This document shows, one piece after another, positions 51,590 through 64,000 of a stretch of 64,000 bases of DNA (positions are counted from its first letter, which is position 1; every line of letters starts with the position of its first letter). The stretch is from Octopus bimaculoides (lineage: Eukaryota), in the NCBI RefSeq assembly GCF_001194135.2, contig NC_068982.1, forward strand, positions 131,174,571-131,238,570, written 5' to 3'. The notes under the pieces were generated by a model. The model was not told the DNA's origin. It worked only from the letters and a program-made list of their open reading frames with translations, and searched no databases. Both the position numbers and the translations under genes were made by a program.

Positions 51590-52135
51590 TGCTTTGCAAC
51601 CATGCAGTTTTGAGTTCAGTTCCACTGCATGTCACCTTGGGCAAGTGTCTTCTATTATAACCTTGAGCCAACTGATGCCTTGTCAATGAATTTGGTAGAC
51701 AGAAACTGTGTGGAAGCTTGTTTGGAAGGCAGCGAGCTGGCAGAAATGTTACCCTGCCGGGTGAAATACTCAGCAGTATTTCGTCTGCCGTTACGTTCTG
51801 AGTTCAAATTCCACCAAGGTCGACTTTGTCTTTCATCCTTTCGGGGTCAATAAATTAAGTACCAGTTACGCACTGGGGTCGATGTAATCGACTTAATCCC
51901 TTTGTCTGTCCTTGTTCGTCCCCTCTATGTTTAGCCCCTTGTGGGCAATAAAGACATAAGGAACTGTGTGGAAGCTTGTTCTGTGTGAGTGCCCCCCCCC
52001 ACCTCCCACTGCTTGACAGTCGATATTGGTTTGTTTAGGTCCCTGTAACTCAGAGATCTGGCAAAAGAGACCGGTGCCCCAGTGTGCCTGCACTCCAATG
52101 ACTGAAACAAGTAAAAGATAAAGATAAATGTTTGA
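51590..52135 (+). mobile_element. SINE family A interrupted by a young family B SINE (51723-51961)
   Basis: 19-bp TSD aactgtgtggaagcttgtt at 51704-51722 and 51962-51980. The insert is CpG-rich and complete from tRNA-like head to A-rich tail. Confidence 0.92.
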
Positions 52136-52754
52136 GACAAAACTAAACTCTTCTCAAATTATTATTTACTGATGCAGTATAAATATACATACAGTAATGG
52201 AAGAAAGATGGGTATTTGAAAATAAGAACTTAGCTTTTATGATATATTGAAGAGATACCAAGCACAATCCTGATAAAGCAACATGTAAAAGAAACTAGTC
52301 ATGGTTTCAGTTTTCTTACGTTTGCTTCTTTATTTCTTTTTAGGAGTTTTTAGAGGTGAAGAAGACTGAAATAATGGCATTCACTAAGAGGTCATACATT
52401 TTTGGTTACTGCACCAGATGAGCTGCAACAAGGCCTCCTTAATAGCATTATAATTACCATAGCAGCATAAATATTAAAATCACTACAATATATGCACAAA
52501 CTTGATATTTAATGGAGGACAGATGATTATTTCAGTTTTAGGGATGTATTTAAAACTTTAGTATCTTCTGATCATATTGTTCATTTGGGAGATATGGTTA
52601 TCTATAGAGGTCAGCCATATTAGTTGATTGTAGTAATGGTAGAGTAGCAATAATAGTGCTTATCATCATCGTCATTTAATGTCCATATTCCATGTTGGCA
52701 TGGGTTGGACAGAATAGAAAACAGATAATATTAACTGCAGATTAATAACAGACC

Positions 52755-53129
52755 TAAAGCATGGCTTTTAATACTTCAAGGTGACTTATAGGTCCAAGTA
52801 TACCAAGATAAAATTTGGTCTGCAACCAGACTATCATGCAATGACTGGGAAGCAGCATAGCAGTCAGAATATTCTGCTGTTCTTCTTCACTTCAGTCATG
52901 AATGATCAAAAGTTCCAATGGCTATGGTAACACAGACATATAAGTTGAACTGTCAGTACATGATAATTTCAATTCATTGATATTTATTGGAGATGGTTGG
53001 CACAGAATTTGGGGCCTATTTTGATTTTTCAGCTTTATTGGCATAGCTACCTGTTTATCTTCTTCAGGTGGTAAATATAACGATTTTAGGACATTGTTGT
53101 AAAAGTATAGTGGAATATTATTAATGTGT
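52755..53129 (-). pseudogene. Exon-like island 1: about 125 codons with two internal stops
   Basis: cacctag|A-HINNIPLYFYNNVLKSLYLPPEEDKQVAMPIKLKNQNRPQILCQPSPININELKLSCTDSSTYMSVLP*PLELLIIHD*SEEEQQNILTAMLLPSHCMIVWLQTKFYLGILGPISHLEVLKAML*. TAG at 52922-52924, TGA at 52892-52894. Donors possible at 53051 and 52804. Confidence 0.5.
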
Positions 53130-53204
53130 CTAGGTGTTTATAGGTTATTACATACGTAAATGAGTGTTAGAGAAGGCGGCAGCTATAACACTTTGAAAAC
53201 TGGA

Positions 53205-53251
<47 letters not shown>

Positions 53252-53789
53252 GAGCAAACAGCTAATAGGTGGATACTAATGACCAAACATCAAACTCTTA
53301 TTTTGTTTTGTTATATTTTGTGTTATTTCCCCAATATATTTCCACTTTCATTATTGAAGTACTTCAAATTTGTGCTTACTAGTGAATCTGTTGTTATGTT
53401 ACAGAAGTGACTGTTTAGTTTCCTTTTAATAGCACTTTGAATTATCATCATTAAATAAGTAATAATTAAATGAATGTATCAACATTTTGCTGTGAAGCAC
53501 TATACAACAGTATAGATTTACTCAACAAGGTATGATTTTATTTATTCAGAACTCTTACACATCACTAGCAAGTATCTAATGCATCTGCAGATGCAGTACA
53601 AATCATGAATAGGTTGCAGAGATGTGACAAAAGACCTTGATTGTAATAAATAACAAACGTAATAAAGAGAATAATTGATTAAGAGCTCATGCATTTATTA
53701 ATTGGTAAATTGATAAACAAACATGACTTAGCCACTACACTTAGCATCCTTTGATCAGCTGAAGGTAACTGATCTACCTTGTATTCTTT

Positions 53790-54945
53790 AATCTGGGGAA
53801 GGTAGCTTCTACAACTATCATTTATCAATCTAGAGAAGGTTTCTGACAGGGTACCATGATTTGTAGTTTAGGGGATACTAATAAAATTAGGCTTATGAAA
53901 GTTATGCAAATAATGTACAGAGATACTGTCAGCAGGGTGAGAGTTGGTAATGAGTTCAATGATGGATTTAACATACATTTAGATAACCTTCAGGTAGGAC
54001 TAGCTGTACATAAGAAATGTATACTCAGGTCAGGTGTAGGAGCATGTGCCATTGCAGCATGTTGCTGCACACACCATTTGTATGTTCCCGGATCCTCTCA
54101 GGCAACCAGTAGAGCAGGGTCCCAGTCAGTCTCGTCTCTATGAGACACCTCCTCATCTGTCATGACCATGTGGTTGGCCAACATAAGCCATCAACCCAAG
54201 CAGAACCTCAGTGAAGAGTTGCATGGCCAAACAGTCTGAGCTAGCACTCCAGATACAAGTGACAGGACACATCCCAGTTTCTGAGTAGAGTCATTAGTTA
54301 GTTATGAAATCTAACCAATGGTAACCCATAATCCAATGTCCTGGTACCAAAGAAGTTCATGTGGCTCACAACTATAGAACAAGACAGAGAGGACTATAAA
54401 CCTAAACACATGCACCTTTTGTCCCCCTGCTCAGATATCAGCAGCACAAAACACTGTGTATACTGATGGCTTAATTTACATAGGCAAATCTGTTGAAGAT
54501 TTTAAAGAAATTTGAAGAAATTCCAAACATCAAAGCAAAACTTAGGACCAACACATCTCAAAGTAAACCAAGCAAAGACAAAGGTTTTAGTTTGTAGACC
54601 CTACTGATATCAGGGAAATGGCAATGCTTAATATGTAATAAAGAAGTAGGTAAGAATTCTATACAGTGTTCCTGATACAATCTATGGGTTTGATGTGATC
54701 AGAAGCAGAGAAGGAAGTCTTTGTATATGGCAACAGCACTTAGCAGTTAGAGCTACAAAAAATAATTTTTTCCAAATACTTGGAAGGCTCAAGAAATAGT
54801 TGATAGCTTTTGTTACTTAGATGGTTCATTTATCAGCTGAGGTGGGTACCCTGAGCACATGGTAGCCAGAGTAAGAATGGGGTGAAAAAGTTCAGGGAGC
54901 TATCGTCTCTGCTAGCAACAAAAAGATTTTCTTTCTTTCTTTCTT

Positions 54946-54993
<48 letters not shown>

Positions 54994-55200
54994 AAAAGAG
55001 TAAATTGTATGATGCTTATGAACAAAGCATAATGTTGCATGGTAGCTAAACAGGAGCATTGGATGCTGGTGATATGTGAAGGCTGAAAGAAATGCAATGA
55101 ACAATTTCTGTTTGATGTGTAATAATAATGTGCATGAATGAGAAAGCTGAGAGAAAACTGCATACAAAAGGAACCACATGCATTGTGCAAAAACAGGACA
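53790..55200 (+). mobile_element. Fragmented RTE LINE
   Basis: FINLEKVSDRVP (cf. FIDLEKAFDRVP), VMQIMYRDTVSRVRVGNEF at 53820-53975, LKVNQAKTKVLV at about 54555, and a degenerate LERN..MLRWMCN-like segment at about 55085. Confidence 0.7.
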
Positions 55201-55881
55201 CTGTGTTGGTACTGATATGATGTATATGGAGGATTACTGTTAGGTGAAAGAGTACCAAGTAATCCAATTGGAGGGGAAATCCCAGGAGAAAAAAAAGTAT
55301 GCAAAGAAATGGTGAAAACTGTTGCCATTACTTTACTGCTCTTCCTTTTACTTGTATCAATTATAATTCTCTTTTGACTTTGTTTATTCTAATATATTTT
55401 TATAGGGATTTTTGAGTTTTTTTAATCATTTGTTTTTACATATATGTTTTTGTGTGTGAGTTTTTTTAAAAGATGGATATATGCTTGTTGTGTGTCTATG
55501 TTAAAGATGGATATATGCTTGTGTGTGCTTAGTTAAAAGTAGTTTTTGTATGGGTCTGTGTCTGCATGATAACACTTACATATTTGTGTAAATGCTTATA
55601 TGCATGCGTAAGCGTATAAGTGCGAATGTATGAAGCTATAGATGCATATATCAATAGATATGAAACAAACGTGTCTGTTTCTATATGTATGTGTATATGG
55701 GGTGGATTTGTCACATTTTACTAAACGCACAAAATACAATGCATGTGAATGTTTATAATGTGTGTGTGTGTGTGTGTTTGCATGCATGCGTGTGCTTAGT
55801 ATATGTTAGACTATATGTATGTGTGTGTAGATGCAAACATACATGTGTGTGTATACAATCACACTCATTTCCACAACTGAG

Positions 55882-55921
<40 letters not shown>

Positions 55922-56580
55922 TGTGTGTGTGTGTGTTCAGTTATTTATATGTGTTAATCTCTGTATTGTGTTAGCATTTGTATTTTGTGTACATGTATGT
56001 AGGCAAAAATTCTACATGCCCATGCATAATACCATATCTTTTCATATTACATACACATTAATCAATTATATGAGCGATTTTAAATTTGTGTACCGCAATC
56101 CCATGACATTAACAGTATTTTTAAAACATTCAATTGATTTCTTTACTGAAGCTATAAATACACCTCCCAGAAAGTTTTGAATCCAGTTTCCACACAAAAC
56201 TCTAGTCCCTGAGTAACTTCTAAATCATCTGAAAATAATAAAAATACACATACTCTATATAACATGTTGAGTTCACTTTTCTTCTATTTGGAAAAACAAG
56301 ACCTATACATTCATTCATTCATGTAACATTAGTTGAGTTTGAATGGAGAGTTATTTGAGACAAGATTTTACAGAGGGATGATCTTCCTGTTGCTAACCTT
56401 TATCCAATTTTTTTCAAGTAACAGATTTCGTCATTCATCTGGTCCTTGAAAGTGTAGAGCAACAGTTACAATGTCAATAAGGAGCACTAATATCAGCACC
56501 ACTTAGCTCAAGGGACAAGCATGTAATATAAAATATTCACTCACATTTGCACACACGTGCGCACATATATATACATTTAG

Positions 56581-57060
56581 ATATCATCATCATCAATGTT
56601 CTCTTTTCTATGCTTGCATGGGTCAGATGGAGTCCATTTGAGGCAGATTTTCTACAGCTGGATGTCCTGCATGTCGACAATCTTCATCCTTACACGTTTC
56701 CAAGCAAAGTTATACCTCCCTGTGGCCAGGCATGTGCTTGCAAAATTTTGGAAATGAATGATACTGCCTGTGTGTCATTGACACTCACAACTGTCATGCA
56801 ATGTCAAGACAAAGAGACACAAACACATACACACATATATTTACACACACACACATACACTCTACATTTGTGCTTCTTTTCATTTTCCATCAACAAAATT
56901 TACTTACAAGACTTTGATCAGCCCAAGGCTAGAGTAAAACCCGAAAGGATGAAAGGCAAAGTCAACCGCGTCAGAATTTGAACTCAGAATGTAAAGACAG
57001 ATGAAATACCACTAAGCATTTTTCCCAGCATGCTATCATTTCTGCCAGCTCACCGCCTTT
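56581..57060 (-). mobile_element. Degenerate family C (56581-56720) and family B (56925-57060) SINEs
   Basis: gatttttctacagctggatg-like motif; aaaggatgaaaggcaaagtcaacc..cagaatttgaactcagaatgtaaagac. Confidence 0.75.
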
Positions 57061-57354
57061 GGATGGATAGATGTATTAACATCTGTTTTTATACTTAGTA
57101 ATAATAAAAGCAATTTTACATTAATCTGAAAACTTACTCCATACTTTTGTACAGTACAAATTTAGTATTCTTTAACAAGTATTAACAGTGACTTAAAAGT
57201 TTCATCAGCTAAGTCAGCATCAGACTGTGGTGCATTAAGTTAATCTTGGCTTTATATAGACTCTGTTGAGATATAATTTTCTGGGAGTTCAGTTAAATGG
57301 TAATTAGGTTGAAGAGTTGGTAGTAAAATATATATATATATTTATATATATATA

Positions 57355-57665
57355 TGGCCGTTGCCAGTACCGCCTGACTGGCTCCTGTAGGATTTTCGAG
57401 CGAGATCGTTGCCAGTGCCCCTGGACTGGCTTGTGCGGGTGGCACATAAAAGACACCATTTCGAGCGTGGCCGTTTTCGTGCGGGTGACACGTAAAAGCA
57501 CCCACTACACTCTCTGAGTGGTTGGCGTTAGGAAGGGCATCCAGCTGTAGAAACTCTGCCAAATCAGACTGGAGCCTGGTGTTGCCATCCGGTTTCACCA
57601 GTCCTCAGTCAAATCGTCCAACCCATGCTAGCATGGAAAGCGAACGTTAAACGATGATGATGATG
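57355..57665 (+). mobile_element. Young family C SINE
   Basis: Ends ...ccatgctagcatggaaagcgaacgttaaacgatgatgatgatg; CpGs retained. Confidence 0.9.
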
Positions 57666-58075
57666 ATATATATATATATATATATATANNNNNNNNNNNN
57701 NNNNNNNNNNNNNNNNNNNNNNNNNNNNNNNNNNNNNNNNNNNNNNNNNNNNNNNNNNNNNNNNNNNNNNNNNNNNNNNNNNNNNNNNNNNNNNNNNNNN
57801 NNNNNNNNNNNNNNNNNNNNNNNNNNNNNNNNNNNNNNNNNNNNNNNNNNNNNNNNNNNNNNNNNNNNNNNNNNNNNNNNNNNNNNNNNNNNNNNNNNNN
57901 NNNNNNNNNNNNNNNNNNNNNNNNNNNNNNNNNNNNNNNNNNNNNNNNNNNNNNNNNNNNNNNNNNNNNNNNNNNNNNNNNNNNNNNNNNNNNNNNNNNN
58001 NNNNNNNNNNNNNNNNNNNNNNNNNNNNNNNNNNNNNNNNNNNNNNNNNNNNNNNNNNNNNNNNNNNNNNNNNNN

Positions 58076-58119
<44 letters not shown>

Positions 58120-58471
58120 TTCCACTAAACTCCCTTAAATGGCATTGGCCAGCCTGAGGCTATAGAAGATGCACAATGTGCTGCACAGAGGGATTGAACC
58201 CAGAACCACATACATGCAAAGTGAACATCTTAACCACACCGCCAAGGTCCTTATATATATTTATATGTAAGTATATATTGTGATTCTCAATAACATAAAA
58301 TTAATTTCTTACTCAGCCTGGGTGTTAACCAGCGTATCAATTTCAAAGATAATTTTTGTGTACATTGATTTCACACTTCCAATAAGGAAACTAAAGAGAT
58401 AATGGGTTTGCTCTTAAAGTCAAATATTGCAAATAAATAAGGTTACCCATCCATAGTACTTGAACCAAATT

Positions 58472-58980
58472 CATCATCATCATCATCGTTTAACATCCGC
58501 TTTCCATGCTAGCATGGGTTGGACGATTTGACTGAGGACTGGTGAAACCGGATGGCTACACCAGGCTCCAATCTGATTTGGCAGAGTTTCTACAGCTGGA
58601 TGCCCTTCCTAACGCCAACCACTCCGAGAGTGTAGTGGGTGCTTTTACGTGCCACCCGCACGAGGTCAGTCAGGCGGTATTGGCAACGGCCACGCTCAAA
58701 TGGTGTATTTTATGTGCCACCCACACAAGAGCCAGTCCAGGGGCACTGGCGACCATCTCGCTCGAAAGTCCATTACACATGCCACGGGCACAAGTGCCAG
58801 AAAGGCGACGCTGGGCACAGGTGCCATCCCGATTTCACTTGCCCCAATAAGTCTTCGCAAGTTGAGTTTCGTGTCCAATGAAGGAGACGACGTTGGCATG
58901 AATGCCAGTCGTCGAATTTAGTTCGGTTTCGATTTCACTTACCTCAACAGGTCTTCGCAAGCGGAGTTTAGTGTCCAAGT
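58472..58980 (-). mobile_element. Young, longer family C element with internal tandem units
   Basis: Near-identical inverted copy of 57501-57665, extended by two gatttcactt...gtcttcgcaag...gtgtccaa units (58830-58980). Confidence 0.9.
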
Positions 58981-59824
58981 CTAAGTAGAGCACTGCTGAT
59001 ATAGAATTTTATGGGCTATCATATACAACTGCCAATCAGCAGATAATTGTATGTTCTTTAGTATGTTTAACTTTTATGGATAAGGCCATGCTGGAACACT
59101 GAAAGTATTACCTTTAATACTCAATGATATTTTGTTTTGATGATTTATTATTTGTATATTGATAATAGATATAAAGACAATGCTTGGTTCGTAGCCCATT
59201 ATATTCCATACAGTTACAATACTGTTTGTATTTCATCAGACAATATCTCTCACCAATATATTTCACTTAAAATAATTTGGAAAAAAACATTGATGAAGTG
59301 CAAATATATTTTGATTAAGATAGAAACGTTATTGTATTCTTCTGTATTTTTCATTTAGGATCCTTTTTAAATATATGTATGCTTACAGGTTGGTGATCTC
59401 CAACAAAAATCTATTCTTAATAGTTTGCTAAATTTGATACAAGCAATCCAACAGGATATAGTTGATTTTTGTTTTTCCTTTTTTTTTTCTTTTTTATCTT
59501 TGTGATAATTAATTAATTGATGTATCAAATAAAAGCAATTGTTACCTCAGCTAGCTCAAAGAAAATGAGATATTTGGTAGGTATATACTATATATAAAAT
59601 TAATGAAGTAACCACGAAAGAAATGTTTTTAACAATCCAAAAGAAAGAGGCGGGGAATAATTCAATGCTTCAGGGGGGGGGGGATCCTGAACTGATTTAC
59701 TAATTATTGAAATAAGCAGTGTGCTCAGCCAACAAATATATTTCTACTTAGTCAGTCATCCAGCTCAACATGTGGTTTTAGTGGTTGAATTTGAAAGTAA
59801 AAAGGTTTCTTTTTAAACTGTCAC

Positions 59825-60014
59825 CTAAAAACCATAGAAAGAAGTCAGTAACAAAATTGTTGAATAGGCACCTTCCACTAATATCATGACATTGACTCAT
59901 AAGACTCCAGAAAAACAAAAGAGAAACCCAAAGATTCAAAAGCCTGAAGCCCAGGCAACATCACAATGTGCATATGCACCTATGCAGACTCTCAAATGCT
60001 TTAGAAAGACTCAC
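59825..60014 (-). other. Canonical 190-nt intron on the minus strand
   Basis: Donor ATG|gtgagt, branch-like actgac about 20 nt upstream of acceptor ttctttctatggtttttag|. The flanking exon frames contain stops. Confidence 0.5.
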
Positions 60015-62005
60015 CATTGGTATCATTCACACTCATATTCACCTCTCTAAATCAGACCACTACATTCAGAAACCACATGCCTTATGAACTTTACACAGAT
60101 ACATGATGGCTTCAACAACAACAAAATTTTCTCATCTTTGATCTCATTGTTTGTTTACACCTGAGGTCTCGGATATGAAACATCACAAGAAAATCAGTTC
60201 TGGCTATAATTTCTATAGAAAATCTATAGAGATGACCTTAACATGCTGGAGTGTGTGGTAAGGTCATTAGCTATGTAAAGCATGGTATATCTTAAGCAAC
60301 TAATATATGGATCACTACTAGTCATTCAGTCAAGTATTTTTATACCTTAGATATGCTTAATTAGAAATAATTTAAGGTTCCACATCATTAAAAACCTACT
60401 CAATGAACAGACAAAATTTTCTTTGACAAATTTTTTATCATCTTGAAAATTTAGATCATACATGTAAGTTCTAAGTCATAAGATATAATGAAAATATAGG
60501 AAGAATAGTTATAGCTAGAATGCCAATAAAGCAGTTCTTTGAGCAATTACTTCCATGCATGTGGTCCATTAAAGCAGATTTGATCAATGCTACTCAACAG
60601 CAACAACAATAATAATCTTACAAAGTTACACAGCTGAAGCATTAATCCCAAATGAATATATCAGTATTTTATTTGCTAGATCTTGATAAATACACAACTA
60701 ATTCTACAGGAATTCAGGGTAGAGATGTTTAAAAACAAAATGTGCTTGTTTCTTATTTTATATTTGGAAATAGATTATACTGAATATATTACATACACAG
60801 AATTAGAAATAATACATTACCAAAAATTTTATCAAAGATCTGAAATTTACAACAGAAGCCATTTTTGTTTTATGGTTCCAATTCAGCTTTAGAACAAAAC
60901 TTCTGATAATGTCAAATGTAAGTGATTATTCAGTTTGAAATTACATTGTACAGATGAAACTTTTAACTGCAATTTGTCCCTTTGATTTGATTCTGATAGA
61001 AATAACTTAAATAAGAACCTATTTTTCTATCTTCAAATCATTTAAAAATGTTTGTGCATTAAAACAAACAAAATATACCCTTATATTTGTTGACAGGTAA
61101 GTAAACAGAGTAAAATGGATTTCAAAAACATCAGAAAGTAAAGAGTACAAGGAAAAAAATATGATGTAACAACAGTCAATTATTGGATATATCCCACTTT
61201 ATGTCTCAACTGATTTATTAACTATGTCACACTGTGGTGTTACCGATCAAGTACTCTGTCAGAATCAATTCTAATTTTTACTAGCTGAGTGGACTGGAAC
61301 AAGGGCCCAATATGCCTTCTAGACCAAGAATCAAAGAGCCCAATTTCCATATCACTAAGCCATGTACATTATCAAAATAAATTTCTGAATATCTGGTTTC
61401 TAAAAATGAAACGGGTTTCAAAACCCTAGTGAGTCTACTATTCATGTACACTTATAAATTCAAGAGCTCAAAAGATAAATGATCAAATCAATATGATCTT
61501 CTGAGGGAAACACAAGTAAATTAGTAATTATCAGCCATTTTAGTATTTCATGATGCTTATGAGCAGGATACTTCCTTCTGTGAACTTCAATGCATCTAAC
61601 TGCAAACAATGGGAACTGATCTTTTGACAATGTGACTTAACAACAGACTGGCTATATGGATATTTGTCTATCATCAACTTAATGCTACTGAATCTGGAGA
61701 TATGAACTGTATTACGAGCTTATGACTCACAAAAACAACTATCACTATTGCCTGTGGAAATTATAGTGAAGATCTGTTACACCTGAAAAACTAATCCTGA
61801 TGGAAATCTGAAATGTTGGATATGATCACATTCACATCTACAAATGTTCAGGCAATGTCATTAAGAAGTTTGCTTCAGAATCATAAGGCTTAGGGTGCAT
61901 TCTGACTGCATTGTACTGTCTGACTGGTGTCTCCCACTATGCCCATGGGCTGGTCAATAGACAGAAACTCTAAAAATCTCATTGTATATATACATATATA
62001 GATGT

Positions 62006-62068
<63 letters not shown>

Positions 62069-63949
62069 CCCTCAGTGGCATCACATCTGTCAGTCTCAAA
62101 AGACCATGGATCTGCATGTAGAGAATTATGTGTCAGCTACTAACGGCAGTGCAGTGAATGCTGTGACTGTACAGGCCCACAAGAGAGTGGCTGTCTTAAA
62201 TGCAGTGACAGCATTTGAAGATACTCTCCTACAACACTACTGCATTTTCCTTCCATCGAATACAGATGTATGCATTTGAGTTTTCCCCTTGACTCAATAT
62301 ATGCATGCTGATTAAAAAAGTCACAGTTCATACAAACGGAGTCATTCTCTATAACCTTCAGTGAAAACACATTTGTCCATTGAACTGTTCATTGTTTGAA
62401 GGACTAAGGTAAATATCACCTTGCTTAGAAACAGATGAGGGTTGGTGACAGGAAGAGCATCCAACCATATAGAATTTACCTCATTAAAGTTCATATGATC
62501 CATGCAAACATGGGAAAGTGGATGTTAACATGATCAAGCTGATGATAGATGTGATCAACTAGAATACCATCAACTCAGAAGGAAAAAAAGTGGAAAATAA
62601 CAAAATCATTATTTCAAAAACAGTTGGTGATCAATAATCTGTTTAAAACAGTTTCTCCAAACATTAAACTCATTTAAGATAATACAGTATTATCATACAT
62701 TTTTTTCTAATCTTTTCTCTAAAGCTAATCCATGATTATATCAAAAACAGCTAATCATGGATTAGGAGGTTAATCAACACTAGTGAATTAGCAAAAGGGA
62801 ATGCAGAAGCACCTCCCTATACTAGGTCATTATAATGGTATTTGGCTATCACATATCTCATGGTAACAGTCAGTTCAGCTGGAATCTATTTCTCTTTAAA
62901 ATATCGTACACAATTATAATTTTGTACAAATGCTATTTTAGCTTGGGCCATTTTGTTTTTTTTATTGCAAAAGGATTTACCCTGGTTTCAAAACATATCT
63001 TTGCAACATTTTTAGTAAATAACTTAATAACACATGAAATTACTTTTTAGGCTGCTAATCTCATTTTTTGTGTTTTACAAAGCATTACATCTCAAATAGT
63101 TTGCTTCCTCTTTCTTGTCAAGTACCACGTTCATCTTATTAAAGTATATGTACTCAGAAAGAGATCAAAATTACTAAACTTCATTTTGCACAAAATTTTT
63201 AAAGTTTTGCCCAGGTTTGGTTATGGGATTATTCCAAGTAGATAACAGAGTCAGAAATCTGCATGAAATAAAAATAGCCATAAAACTAGTGACCATGCAA
63301 CAGGTCACACCAAATTTGCAATGGTGATAATTTGTATGATCTTAACTTGAGAATGGACTCACGAACCTTTATTTCAAACAGGGTTCCTATACTCAACACA
63401 GTACATAAAAGTAGAGAAATCCCAAATAAAATAAATGATATCCAGTCATAACCTCAGTATACACACACACATATATATATAATATATATAATACATATAA
63501 ATTTGTAATATCGTATCATATCGTATATATTTACCCACAATATGTTAAATCATACTGTATGTTTATATAATGTAATGTATTATCTTAAATTGTTACATAT
63601 TTTTATACAACTTGGAAACTATGCGTGTTTATAAATATTTTTAAATAAATATTTTAAACATTCATGATATTTCTGAAGTTTATATCATTGTATATGCCTG
63701 TATACTTTATTTTATCTTACTTTTTAGACATTTTAGAGACTTAAAACTATATATTTTTTTATTCTAGAATGATTTGAACACACATACATATATATTAAAT
63801 CTTGCATTGGATATATGGTATTGTTCCTGTGGTCTTCCACCCGGATGTATCCATTCTTACCATAATTTATATATACATATATATAGAATCCAAACAAAGC
63901 AGAACAAGAAAAAACAATAACGCAAGGATGTGGTACAATATATATATAC

Positions 63950-64000
<51 letters not shown>

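Noticed and set aside
41115-53129. Selenoprotein or mitochondrial-code (NUMT) explanation for the in-frame TGA codons
   Set aside because: One stop is TAG, the peptides resemble no mitochondrial protein or selenoprotein I know, and I identified no SECIS element.
61560-61860. About 100-codon plus-strand frame interrupted only by TGA
   Set aside because: No splice support, and another frame weakly resembles a LINE endonuclease remnant. Kept as a caution that TGA-only frames can arise without special decoding.
1-64000. CRISPR arrays, rRNA genes, recognisable conserved miRNAs, prokaryotic operons
   Set aside because: None seen. The sequence is eukaryotic and its repeats are microsatellites or transposons; the miRNA check was by eye against remembered sequences only.

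Overview
AT-rich, microsatellite-dense eukaryotic (animal) DNA with eight assembly gaps (about 2.6 kb of N). The SINE/LINE repertoire looks like that of a coleoid cephalopod, probably an Octopus species; this is inferred from repeat families I recognise, not from a search. Most ORF-track entries are translated microsatellites or N-runs. The well-supported content is transposable elements: at least four SINE families, RTE and CR1-like LINE fragments, a Tc1 transposase fragment, hAT MITEs, and a Penelope-like inverted repeat carrying a degenerate hammerhead ribozyme. No host gene could be named. Splice signals and reading phase suggest three candidate units. (1) The 3' end of a plus-strand gene (about 2-12.5 kb). 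(2) A minus-strand gene (about 14.7-36 kb) with a possible signal-peptide exon and CpG-retaining promoter-like regions. (3) A chain of minus-strand exon-like islands (about 39.8-53.1 kb) whose frames are broken mostly by TGA/TAG codons; this is a pseudogene or, speculatively, an A-to-I editing-dependent gene. All gene models are hand-derived and unconfirmed.
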